Origin: Takakia lepidozioides
Taxonomy: Eukaryota > Plantae > Bryophyta
Length of the DNA: 64,000 bases
Direction: 5' to 3'
Assembly (NCBI GenBank): GCA_030704615.1
Contig: CM060733.1
Coordinates: 27,404,001-27,468,000, forward strand
Part shown: positions 36,152 to 47,500 of the stretch, one piece after another
Position numbering within the stretch: position 1 is the stretch's first letter
Layout: each line of letters opens with the position of its first letter
Program-made: the position numbers and the translations under genes
Notes under the pieces: model-generated
What the model saw: only the letters and a program-made list of their open reading frames with translations
Databases searched by the model: none
Told to the model about the DNA's origin: nothing

Positions 36152-37005
36152 GTGACGCCCGGGACTGCTGCTTCGGTCATTGAAGACAAAAGGGAGGTGG
36201 TGGTGAAAAAAGAACAAACGTCCTCTACTCCAATCGTTGAGCTTTCGGATTCGTCTGATGATGACATAAGTGAAATTCCAACTCCAGTCCTTGCTACTGT
36301 AGTTGTGGAGGCGGATGAAGAAGAGATTTGTAGTGTCATTCCAAAACTACGGACGATGGGAAGAATGGCAGGTTTCAAAAGTGAGTTGCGGGGGATTGAT
36401 TGGGAATCTTTGAAGCAGGTGCCAGTGAAGTTCCTGCCAGAGACTTTTGATGGGGATATCCTATTCGAGCTGCCTCCTCCTCCGCGAGTTGAAGGTATAA
36501 CAAGCATGATGCACGGAATGGACAAGAAACGCGACGGGCACCCATGGTGTAGAACAAAAACATCCAATATTCAAAATGAACAAGCTTGTTTTCAATAGAA
36601 CAGTTTGCAATGGACACCTTAGGTGTGATAATTTGAATTGCGGACACTTTCTTCAGTCTGGGATTCATAATCAAAGCAAGTGGGAGGGTCTCGCGGAAAA
36701 TCCATTCAAGCCTGGGGCTGCTCCTCCACCGGCAAACACTTTTGTTTGCAAATTCTGCAAACTTGTACCATCCTGCCTGGCGCTGTATGGAGCAAGAATG
36801 TACTATGTCATCCACCGTTTGAAAACAATGACAAGAGCTTGTGTGCATTTTGGTTTCCATAACCATCCTGTCTCGAAGGGGGATTACAGGGAGAGTGTTG
36901 AGACAGTTTCGAGGTTGATTAAACAATAGTACGAGAGCAACCCATCCGCAACAATATCTACAATTGCTCTTGGCGCAAGCAAGTCCTTCTTGGAAAGCCA
37001 TATTT
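36152..37005 (+). pseudogene. Relic N-terminal (GCM-like) part of a second, diverged copy of the Mutator-like transposase
   Basis: VKFLPETFDGDILFELPP..MDKKRDGHPWCRTKTS / CNGHLRCDNLNC..CKFC..MYYVIH..RACVHFGFHNHP aligns by eye with ~11990-12560; contains a frameshift and a stop. Confidence 0.8.
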
Positions 37006-37830
37006 TGAGTGAAGGGGATTATGTGGGGACGAAGGGTATACACAGTAGGGGCACGAGATGGAGGCTTTGGAGACCTACGAGCAAACATGATGGGGGGAGG
37101 GGTGAAGCCTAACCACATCATCGCAAGGCATTTCAGCAAATTCAGATATGTATGTTGTCTCTTGCTTAAGTGCATCAAGATGGAAGGTCTGGAAGCTGGA
37201 AAGCAGGTGCATACTTACATTATCCAAAGTGGATTCACGTCAAATGTTTTCTACTCAACACCTTGTCAACATGTATGTGCGAGAGCATCATCGATGCTCA
37301 CTAAGTGTTCAACAGAATGCCTCAACGATCTTTGATCACGTGGAATATAATGTTGGCAGGATGTAATGTGTGTGCAAGCCTGGGAGCTCTAGAAAGGGGA
37401 AAGAGGTCCATGGTGACATTGTCAAAACTGGAATTGTACCAGATGTCATCTTGAACACTACCCTGGTGGACATGTATGCCAAATGTGGGTGCATTAAGGA
37501 TGCGAAGGGGTTTCCAACACTATGGCTGAACGAGATGTGGTGTCATGGAACATGATGCTTGCAGGGTATGCACAGCAGGGACGTGGTATGGAGGCTTTGG
37601 ATACCTATGATCAAATGATGGGGGAAGGGGTGAAACCCGACCACATCACGTTTGTGTGCATTTGCAATGTGTGTGCGAGCCTGGCAGCTCTAGAAAAGGG
37701 CAAAGAGGTCCATGGCGACATTGTCAGAGTTGCAATTGTATCAAATGTCATTCTGAACAATACCCTCGTGGACATGTATGAAGGGTGTGTTCAACAGTAT
37801 GGCTGAACGAGATGTGTTGTCGTGGAGTGC
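37006..37830 (+). pseudogene. PLS-class PPR gene fragments
   Basis: GKEVHGDIVKTG..DVILNTTLVDMYAKCG..DA; ERDVVSWNMMLAGYAQQGRGMEAL..MMGEGVKPDHITFV; frameshifted. Confidence 0.88.
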
Positions 37831-38024
37831 GATGATTGAGGGAGTACTGTTGAGGGAGTACTGGTGTCATGGAGCATAGTGATGGAGCAAAGGTCAGGGT
37901 CTCCCCCCCCCGCCCCCGAGTTTGAATTAAATCTAGTGTAGAGAGGGTGAAAGGGGCTGAGCTTTGGCTTAGCCTCAAGATTCAGAAAGTTGGTGCATAG
38001 AGTCCATGCAAAGGGAGTACTGTT

Positions 38025-39864
38025 GGGCAGACCTGGAAAAGGGGGAAGAGGTGCATGGTGACATTGTCAAAAGCTGAAATTAATGTACCTTATGTCATTC
38101 TGAAGAGTGCGCTGGTGGACAAGTCTGCCAAATGCGGGTGCATAGAGGATGTAAAGGGAGTGCAGACCTGGAAAAGGGGGAAGAGGTCCATGGTGACATT
38201 GTCAAAAGCTGGAGTGTACCTTATGTCATTCTGAATAGTGCCCTGGTGGATAAGTCTGCCAAATGCGGGTGCATAGAGGATGCAAAGGGAGTGTGGGGCA
38301 AACTTGGAAAAAGGGGAAGAGGTCCATGGTGACATTGTCAAAAGCTGGAATTGTACCTTATGACATTCTAAAAATTGCCCTGGTGGACAGGTCTGCCAAA
38401 TGCGGGTGCGTAGAGGATGCAAATGGAGTGTGTGGGGCAGACCTGGAAAAGGGGGAAGAGGTCCATGGTGACATTGTCAAAAGTTGGAATTGTACCTTAT
38501 GACATTATGGGAATTGCCTTGGTGGACAGGTCTTCCAAATGCGGGTGCATAGAGGATGCAAAGGGAGTGTGGGGCAGACCTGGAAAAGGGGGAAGAGGTC
38601 CATGGTGACATTGTCAAAACTTGGAATTGTACCTTATGTCATTCTGAAAATTGCCCTGGTGGACAGGTCTGCCAAATGCGGGTACGTAGAGGATGCAAAG
38701 GGAGTGTGGGGCAGACCTGGAAAAGGGGGAAGAGGTCCATGGTGACATTGTCAAAACCTGGAATTGTACCTTATGTCATTCTGAAAATTGCCTTGGTGGA
38801 CAGGTCTGCCAAATGCGGGTGCGTAGAGGATGCAAATGGAGTGTGTGGGGCAGACCTGGAAAAGGGGGAAGAGGTCCATGGTGACATTGTCAAAAGCTGG
38901 AATTGTACCTTATGACATTATGGGAATTGCCTTGGTGGACAGGTCTTCCAAATGCGGGTGCATAGAGGATGCAAAGGGAGTGTGGGGCAGACCTGGAAAA
39001 GGGGGAAGAGGTCCATGATGACATTGTCAAAAGCTGGAATTGTACCTTATGTCATTCTGAAAATTGCCCTGGTGGACAGGTCTGCCAAATGCGGGTACGT
39101 AGAGGATGCAAAGGGAGTGTGGGGCAGACCTGGAAAAGGGGGAAGAGGTCCATGGTGACATTGTCAAAACCTGGAATTGTACCTTATGTCATTCTGAAAA
39201 TTGTCGTGGTGGACAGGTCTGCCAAATGGGGGTGCGTAGAGGATGCAAAGGGAGTGTGGGGCAGACCTGGAAAAGGGGGAAGAGGTCCATGGTGACATTG
39301 TCAAAAGCTGGAATTGTACCTTATGACATTATGGGAATTGCCTTGGTGGACAGGTCTTCCAAATGCGGGTGCATAGAGGATGCAAAGGGAGTGTGGGGCA
39401 GACCTGGAAAAGGGGGAAGAGGTCCATGGTGACATTGTCAAAAGCTGGAATTGTACCTTATGTCATTCTGAAAATTGCCCTGGTGGACAGGTCTGCCAAA
39501 TGCGGGTACGTAGAGGATGCAAAGGGAGTGTGGGGCAGACCTGGAAAAGGGGGAAGAGGTCCATGGTGACATTGTCAAAACCTGGAATTGTACCTTATGT
39601 CATTCTGAAAATTGCCTTGGTGGACAGGTCTGCCAAATGGGGGTGCGTAGAGGATGCAAAGGGAGTGTGGGGCAGACCTGGAAAAGGGGGAAGAGGTCCA
39701 TGGTGACATTGTCAAAACTTGGAATTGTACCTTATGTCATTCTGAATAGTGCCCTGGTGGAGAGGTCTGCCAAATGCGGGTGCGTAGAGGATGCAAAGGG
39801 AGTGTGGGGCAGACCTAGAAAAGGGGGAAGAGGTCCATGGTGACATTGTCAAAAGCTGGAATTG
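38025..39864 (+). repeat. Tandem array of ~13 copies of a 137-bp PPR-derived monomer with a 3-mer higher-order repeat
   Basis: The unit GGCAGACCTGGAAAAGGGGGAAGAGGTCCATGG...GGATGCAAAGGGAGTGTG recurs every 137-139 bp; the variant TTATGGGAATTG recurs about every 411-413 bp. Confidence 0.95.
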
Positions 39865-39899
39865 CTGTACTTTGTGTCATTCTGAGAGTGCCAAATTAT

Positions 39900-41090
39900 C
39901 CAGGGAAGGAAAATCACTGAGGGATACATTTCACCCTGTTCTTCCCTCTTATCAAAATTGGCCCTAAAATTCCATGTTGAATTCTGCAAGTTAACTGGTT
40001 GAGTGAATCTAGTTTGGAGTGACTTTGACATGATATTGTCACTGTGACAACATGAAAGTATCCAAAAATAGGTAATAGAGAGGAGGAGAAGCTGTGGAAT
40101 GAATACTTTTCTGACCCCTGTCAATGGTGGGACAACCGAGGCAAAAAAGTGAATGCATGTCAGATTACCAGATTTCATTCTGAACATTGCCCTGGTGGAC
40201 ATGTATGCCAAATGTGGGAGCATCAAGGATGCGAAGGGAGTGTTCAACACTATGGCTAAACGAGATGTGGTGCCGTGGAACTCGATGCTTGCAGGGTGTG
40301 CACAACAGGGGCGCGGGATGGAGGTTTTGGAGACCTATGAGCAAAGGATGTGGGAGGGGTGAAGCCCGACCACATAACGTTTGTGTGCGTGTGCGAGCCT
40401 GCCCTGGAAAAGGGCAAATAGATCCATGGTGACATCATCTACAATTGTACCAGATGTCATCCTGAACACTGCTCTGGTGGACATGTATGCCAAATGTGGG
40501 GGGCATCGAGATGCGAAAGAAATGCTCAACACTATGGCTGAACGAGATGTAGTGTCGTGGAACTCGATGCTTGCAGGGTCTGCACAGCAGGGGCGCGGGA
40601 TGGAGGCTTTGTAGACCTATGAGCAAATGATGGGGGAGGGGTGAAGCCCGACCACATCACGTTTGTGTGCGTTTGCAATGCGCGTAAGAGCCTGACATCA
40701 TCAAATTTGCAATTGTACCAGATGTCATCCTGAACACTGCTCTGGTGGACATGTATGCCAAATGTGGGAGCATCAAGGATGCAAAAGGAGTGTTCAACAC
40801 TATGGCTAAACGAAATGTGGTGTCGTGGAAAGCTGATGCAGGCAGGCTATGCACAGCAGGGGCACGGGAGGGAGGCTTTGGAGACCTATGAGCAAATGAT
40901 GGGGGAAGGGGTGGTCCAGATTCATGCAAGAGGGCCTTCGATTCTCTGTGGAAGGATAGCTACAAGAAACCTGCATGGGTAGATGGTCAATTGGAAGCCG
41001 CAGCAACAACGGCACAATTGATAGAATTAGGCACTGCTAATGAAGGCACCTTCTTCACCACATTTCACCCTGTTTTTCCCTCAGGAAAGC
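39900..41090 (+). pseudogene. Mosaic of OSB-type (PDF motif) and PLS-PPR gene fragments
   Basis: EKLWNEYFSDPCQWWDNRGKKVN (40086) runs into PDFILNIALVDMYAKCG; three PPR fragments follow; a W..S...PAWVDGQL-type segment lies near 40950-41000. Confidence 0.7.
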
Positions 41091-42799
41091 CAAGTACTTG
41101 ATCTCAAGGGACAGCTTACATACTATATCAGCCTTGAGTTTCATCGACATAATAAATTACAATCCCAATGCCCTTTATTACTTAGGCTTTCAGTTCAGGG
41201 AGCAACTTACATTTGTACTAGCCGTGAGTTTTATTGACAGAGCAGCATATACTCTTAGTGCTCTTTATCATTAAAGTATACAGAATCTATTGGCATGGTT
41301 CTGTTCACCAGCCATATATAAGAGTATACATTGTACCATTTGGTGGCTAATCCAAAGATAACATTATGCATCAGAAAACCCCGGACTCTTGGAGATAAGA
41401 TGTCTTGAACAATACATTCTGATTCAGAACTGAAACCATGGTACTATTTAGTATTTAATCAACATGGTAGGTAGCTTAAAAACTACTCTATAAGCTGGCC
41501 CAGCTTATTAGTATTATGGAAGATATGTGGTGTTGGAGGGAAACACAATTACAATGACCGGAAAGTCTTTGATAATCTTATCAAGGGATTTTTTTTTTAA
41601 ATTAATTTATTGGATTTTATTCTGTTTCTAAGTGAATAAACTTGATATAATGTAAAAACATACATATACATATATGAGGGTTAATTTAATGATTGAGAAG
41701 GAGAATACACATACAGAAGGGGGTACATTTAAAAATTGTAAATTTTTGTATATGTACAGGAGATGGTTTTATAATCCTCAAAAAGTATGTACAAAGGGGG
41801 TATAAATTATCCAAGGACCCATATACAGGGGGTTTTTTAATTAGTCGGCAAACGCTCGTGATACGCACATTGTATAAAGAGTGCACCCCCCACGCCAATG
41901 TTTTGCACGCCTGTGGAGCCTTGTGAGGGCTATTTGGACGACAATTGAAGGTCCTTGGAGGCCCATATTGGGCAGACTTGTGGAGCTTTTCTAAGAGCTC
42001 TTTGGGGGACTATTGCAGGTCCTTGAATGCTAATACTTGGCAGATTTGTGGAGCTTCTTGAGGGCTCTTGGGAAGACTGTTGGAGTCCAAGTTTGCGGAC
42101 TTCTTGAGCCTCGGTGGGTCTATGTGAGGAGCTGATTGAGGGCAGATTTCAGAAGTTTATGGTAATAATTTGAGGGCTCTTGAGAGTTATTTGAGAGGTC
42201 CTTTAAGGATAGTCTTATCTATTGCTCAAGCAAGAGTGGGATGTGAAGATAGGGGGAGTATTGGGATGAGAGCTTTCTGGGCTTAGATATTGTTTTAACT
42301 TCTCTTCTCCATAGTCTTCCATTATTCTTGTAGGCCAAAGCTTTTCCATAAGTGGAGGCAGAGCTAGTTTAGATAGAGACTTGGTCATCTTGCAGGTTTA
42401 TTGGAGCTGCAAGGAGGTCGATTGATTTAAGGTGTGGGAGGTGTTGTTGTTTGAGTTTCCTGTGTTTGGATCCTCCTCCCACATATGCATGCTTGACTGT
42501 ACTTCATGCTAGTTTGGTTTGGGCGTATTATTTTATAGGTGGTTGGTCCGGAAATATTGTGGTCGGCCAACCCTAGAGCGGAGCGCAGCTACGGCGTGAG
42601 CCTAGCCGCGGGAGCCCAAGAGCTCGGCTCACGCTTTGCCCTCTAAGCGTGAGCCCAGGGGTTTAGTGGAGGAAGAAGCAGGCCCCATACCCGAGTCCTC
42701 TGTTTAGAGAGGGTCCTATTGTCGTGGAAGCAGTTATAGCGCTTAAAAAAAGAGGTATAGAAAACATGGAATGGTCATTGTGAAAGTTACTGAGGTTTT

Positions 42800-43480
42800 C
42801 TTATTGAAGAAGAGGTGAAATAAAAGGTTGGGTGAGTCATCATGAATCTTACTTAGGGATTCTTGCATGAACAAGAGGCAAGAAAAGTTTGGATGCCATT
42901 GTCAAGCTATCTGACGTTTCCAGTATTTCATCCATGGTGGATGAATGATGGATGGATGAAATATTGAAGGAGAGGATTAAAATAATGAGGACGGGCAAAA
43001 ACAGGCCCCAAAATATGACCACTCATTGTGAAACGGGCAATGGTTTTTATTAATGTAGATGAGGTGAAAATTTGACATATGACCATCTTCAAGCTTATTT
43101 AGGCTTTGTTTGTGAAAAAGAGGTGAAAAAAAAGTTGAGCTCTATCATTGTCAAACTTCTTCAGGTTTCTGTTATAGAAGAAGAGGTGAAAAAAAAACCA
43201 GATGGTCATCATGAATGCTTATTTAGGGAATAAATTAGGGATTGTTTGTGAAGAAGAGGTGAGAAAAAACCAGATGGTCATCATGAATGCTTATTTAGGG
43301 TTTCTTTGTGAAGAAGAGGTGAAAAAAATTGAGCTCTATCATTGTCAATCTTGTTCAGGTTTCTGTTGATGAAAAAGAGGTGAAAAAAAAATCAGATGGT
43401 GAAGAAGAGGTGAAAAAAAAACTTGAGCTCTATCATTGTCAAACTTCTTGAGGTTTCTGTTATTGAAGAAGCCTTCCAAA
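42800..43480 (+). repeat. Degenerate repeat cluster of GAAGAAGAGGTGAAAAAAA-containing units (~8 copies)
   Basis: Motif near 42806, 43059, 43113, 43177, 43250, 43310, 43371 and 43401, with shared flanks (GCTCTATCATTGTCAA, GATGGTCATCATGAATGC). Confidence 0.75.
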
Positions 43481-43628
43481 GCGTGGGACAAGCTCTGTGC
43501 TTTTCTCCAATCGGTAAGCAATTATCATGCATGTGTTTGAGTTTTGTTTTCTTTGTTTTATTTTTGCTCGGATCAGAAAGGTCGCTTATAAAACATCTTT
43601 CCCTTCTTACACGCTATATTGCTTGCAG

Positions 43629-44500
43629 GCATGGAGGGGAAAGGAATCTTGGGTGAATGGTGCACTGAAACCGTTTGCTTCGGAGATGGTTGTTGTGGAC
43701 ATTCCGGACGGGCATCCAGTCCCGGATATTCTGCCCAGTGACACCTGCCCAACATGGAACAAATTTGACGAGAGGTATTGGAGTTGGGTGTTTTCCTTTT
43801 GCAAGTTTTTCCTTTCCGATGCAGGGGTTCTTGTTATCATACAATCTGTCACGATGAGATGTCGCCGGGAGCTGGCAAGCTACTTGAAAGCGTCGGGGAT
43901 GCGGATTATCAAGACCTGGAATTGTGTCAACAGCCTATATCTGATGAAGGGGGATTGCCCAGGCAGAAGGTACGTTTCAAATACTCTATTTTTATGCCTT
44001 CTCTGTTGAAGTTCCACTGTACTGACTGTTATAAAGTCATGTTGTTCGCACTGCCTGAATTGAGTGCTTCAGCGCACTTAGTTTTGGCGGTGCATGCGCA
44101 ATGACTCTGAACCCGTTCCATCCGGAATGGGTCTGCACTCCCACCCAGATGTGCTATGAAACATTTCTCACTAATTATTGACCTCTTCATCGCAGACCCG
44201 TCTATTTGAGGCCGTCTGTCTCGTGAGGGTACATCCACTGTCGACTCCCACCACAGTGGTTGAGTTCGAGCTTCATGGGGGAGGATGTTTCATAAACGAG
44301 AGGTTCGATCCTGTCGTCAATGACATGCACTACAACTATGTGGACTCCAACGTATGTTTGCGAAAGCCAAATGGAACGCCTTGGAGAGGGGCCCGTTAAA
44401 AAAACCCGGCTTTTATCCAAACGATCATTGAGAGTTGTTCTCGGCCAGGGGCCCGGAGATGTTATCTCCACTTGAGACGCAAGCAGACTCGTCTTTTTCT
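43629..44500 (+). pseudogene. Second, diverged DNA-methyltransferase-like fragment homologous to the cargo gene at 4706-5200, including the C-terminal half missing there
   Basis: EMVVVDIPDG..PTWNKFDERYW..FLSDAGVLVII..WNCVNSL, intron, then TRLFEAVCLVR..KPNGTPWRGAR*KNPAFIQTIIESCSRP..GDVI. Confidence 0.7.
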
Positions 44501-47500
44501 AGTCGAGCTTTCCGAGGCCTCTCTCGCCACCATAGCTCTAGTACTTGAGATGGAGAGTGGGTGAGGTCTATATGGTGGAGTCCTTTACCAAACAACCTCA
44601 GCTAGTACGTGTATTGATGTAATCAAGACCAAACTTATTATGCAAACTTATTATGCATCAACAACAACAAACATGTCAACACCAAAATTAAGAAATACCA
44701 AATAATATGTTGGAGAACTCTCTCATATTTGGACTATTGTGCACCAAACTTAAGTTTGAACACAACCTGATTGATGGTTGTCCATGTACTACTAGCATTA
44801 AGCAAAGATATATAATACATTTGTTTGATAATAGAAAGGTATTCCCAGCTACATCATAGGGGGAACATTGGTTTGTGAAAGAGTACCCAACTAAATTTTC
44901 ATGGCATATATATATATAATGTGATTTTTAAATAGATATACATATATATAGTAGCCTATTCTACCATAATCATCCTCATTTTTTCTATGAAGTACATCAA
45001 ACCTTTATTGATCGTATTGCTACCAAATCATTGTATTTGGGTTTTGTACGCCACAGTTTCTTCTCCATCGTTTGGCTTCTTCTATCTCTTCAGTCCGCCG
45101 AGATTTGGTTGATCCGTTGTATGCTGAGTATGTTGTATTGTATACATATGCAAGTGCTAGGTGCTACATTGAATGAATTTTCATGCCACAAACTTATGAT
45201 GGCTATTAGACTGTGAATAGTTTCCCTGCAAAAATTGTCTCATATTTTCCGTGCAATACCTCACTCGTATTTTGAGTAGGCAAGTGCTAGGTGTTACATT
45301 AAATTAATGTTTAGGACGATTGTGAACTGAACACAAAAACCTCTGAGACTTATTGTTGGAGACATTCTAAATAAGTTCATAGTATGAGTTGTTGATTATG
45401 CTATTTAAGTGATTATCACTGATGTAGCTCTATAGACAATTCTAACAATCTCAACCCCAACATGTACCAGTTCTTTTTTTCAAATTTGGTGGTCCACGAT
45501 GTCTATCAGGTTCTTTCTTTTCTTTCTCCTTTTCTTCCACAAGTTCTTTTTTTCCTTCATGTGTTTCTTTCCTCTCTCTAATTTGTTCTCCTGCTTTTTC
45601 CTGTGTTAATGGCTCTCTTTGTGCATCGTCAAAATATTCATCTTCCTCCTCGTCACTGGTTGAAACCGCAGTACTGCTCAAAGAATATAATTTTTTTTGG
45701 TTAGACAATATAGGGTTATGAAACTAATTGACTATATAGGTTTTGCTATGAGTAACTGTAATGGTTCTAAATTCATGACACCATGCTTTTTTAAGCTATA
45801 GTTTGCATGAAATCTCTAGAAGATACGATGTTGTCTCAAATTTTGAAGACGATGAAGTTTTGCATGATCATTCATTTTTGTCATATTTTTATTGAGCCTC
45901 TATGTTTTTGGCAAACGTATAATAGACCAATCAAATTGTGAGAGGGCTTACCTTGGGCATTGCAATATGCATTCTTCACATTGCTTCCATGGAGGCATCC
46001 ATTCATCGGGCTGACGATATGGTTGTCCATATGTGCTTCGTTGGGTTTCAGGAGTGTGGGAAGGAGAATTGTTCCTAAAAGGTGGATGCCATTCATCGGG
46101 GTGGTGGATTAGACCCTTGCCCCTTCCTGAATGCCACTCAACACGTCTACATCTTTCAGAAACTTCATTTTCAGGGGTGCCAACTCTAAATGGAGGTAAC
46201 CATTCGTCCTGACACTTATATGTGCCTCTTCCTCTTTGTGGATGCCACATGGGCTCTTGGGTTTGTGGATGATAATGACATTTAAGGGTAGGATGGAAAT
46301 TAGGTTTTGTAGTCTCTGCAGATTTACGACCTTGGAAAATTCGAATTTGTGGCTTCCACTCAATTTCGGGGCTAGCATAGCGATGATCAAAACACCGGAT
46401 GCAAGGCCTCCATGTCTCTTTACAACTGGCAGAGCCATGATCAAGAAACCTCATACAAGAAACCTCATACATGGCCTCCATTTCTCACTCAATGCGCCAC
46501 TACTAGCATTTTGGTACTTGTGGTGTGCTTTCCAAGGCTGCTGGTTGTGCAAAATTCAGCACACACCACATGCAAAGCAAAATATGAGAGCTTTACCAAA
46601 ACCACATATTCATGACAAATTTCAGTTTTTAAAGACATAAACTTGTCTCATGTACAGATTTCTTACAATGGTGAAGCAAATTTCTGAGTGTCTCAAGCAC
46701 ATTACAAGCCATAGCTTCTTTTATATAAAAAAATGATAACACACGGAGCGCAATGGGTGCTATGATAATTTTCAAGATGGTCACAATGATGGTTACCATT
46801 GGCAATATCACAATGCATCCACCTTCCAGGCTTCACCGTCACATATTTAACTACCTATACTATTGATGATTCGATGTGTAGGCCTCCTATGATTAAAGCA
46901 AGCCCATAGGTAGGAAAATTTGGACCTGAGTTTCTCTAGAAGGCACGACAGTAGACTCCAAAACATCATCTTTTTGTATGTGATGTCGTGAGGACCTGAA
47001 AGGTGGTTGATAGCCATGTTGAGGTTCTATATACCGTGATGAGGACCTCCACTATTAGCCACATGAAAGACGTGTGCATACAACACAAATATTAGCTCCA
47101 TTAGACTTGATTCAAGAAAAAAGTTTCAATGAGAGTTGGCACCATGGCTGCCTCTTTAGCTGCGAATTGATCATCCGTATTATTGTTCCCAAAAGACAAG
47201 ATCCAAAAGAAGCCTCTGCCAAACAATAATATTATTGCTTGAAATATGCTTTGTTTGAAGTGTTTGGCCACAACAACGTACCCGAGGCTCTTGGCTGTCA
47301 AAGTCATCTTGAAAATCAAACTTGTTTTCGGGCATGCTATTTATCTGAGCTCCCTGACTTCTGAGTTGAGCTTTCTTGCAATCTGGATTTCTACATCTAG
47401 GGTATTTGCATCCAGCTAATGGGTAATCACAATCCGACCTCTGACACCTAGTAAGGGATGGACTGTCGTCCTTCATGGCTTTGGCTGGTCAATGAAAATC

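Noticed and set aside
38090-39843. Functional repeat-protein CDS
   Set aside because: The 137-bp unit shifts frame each copy and stops are frequent.
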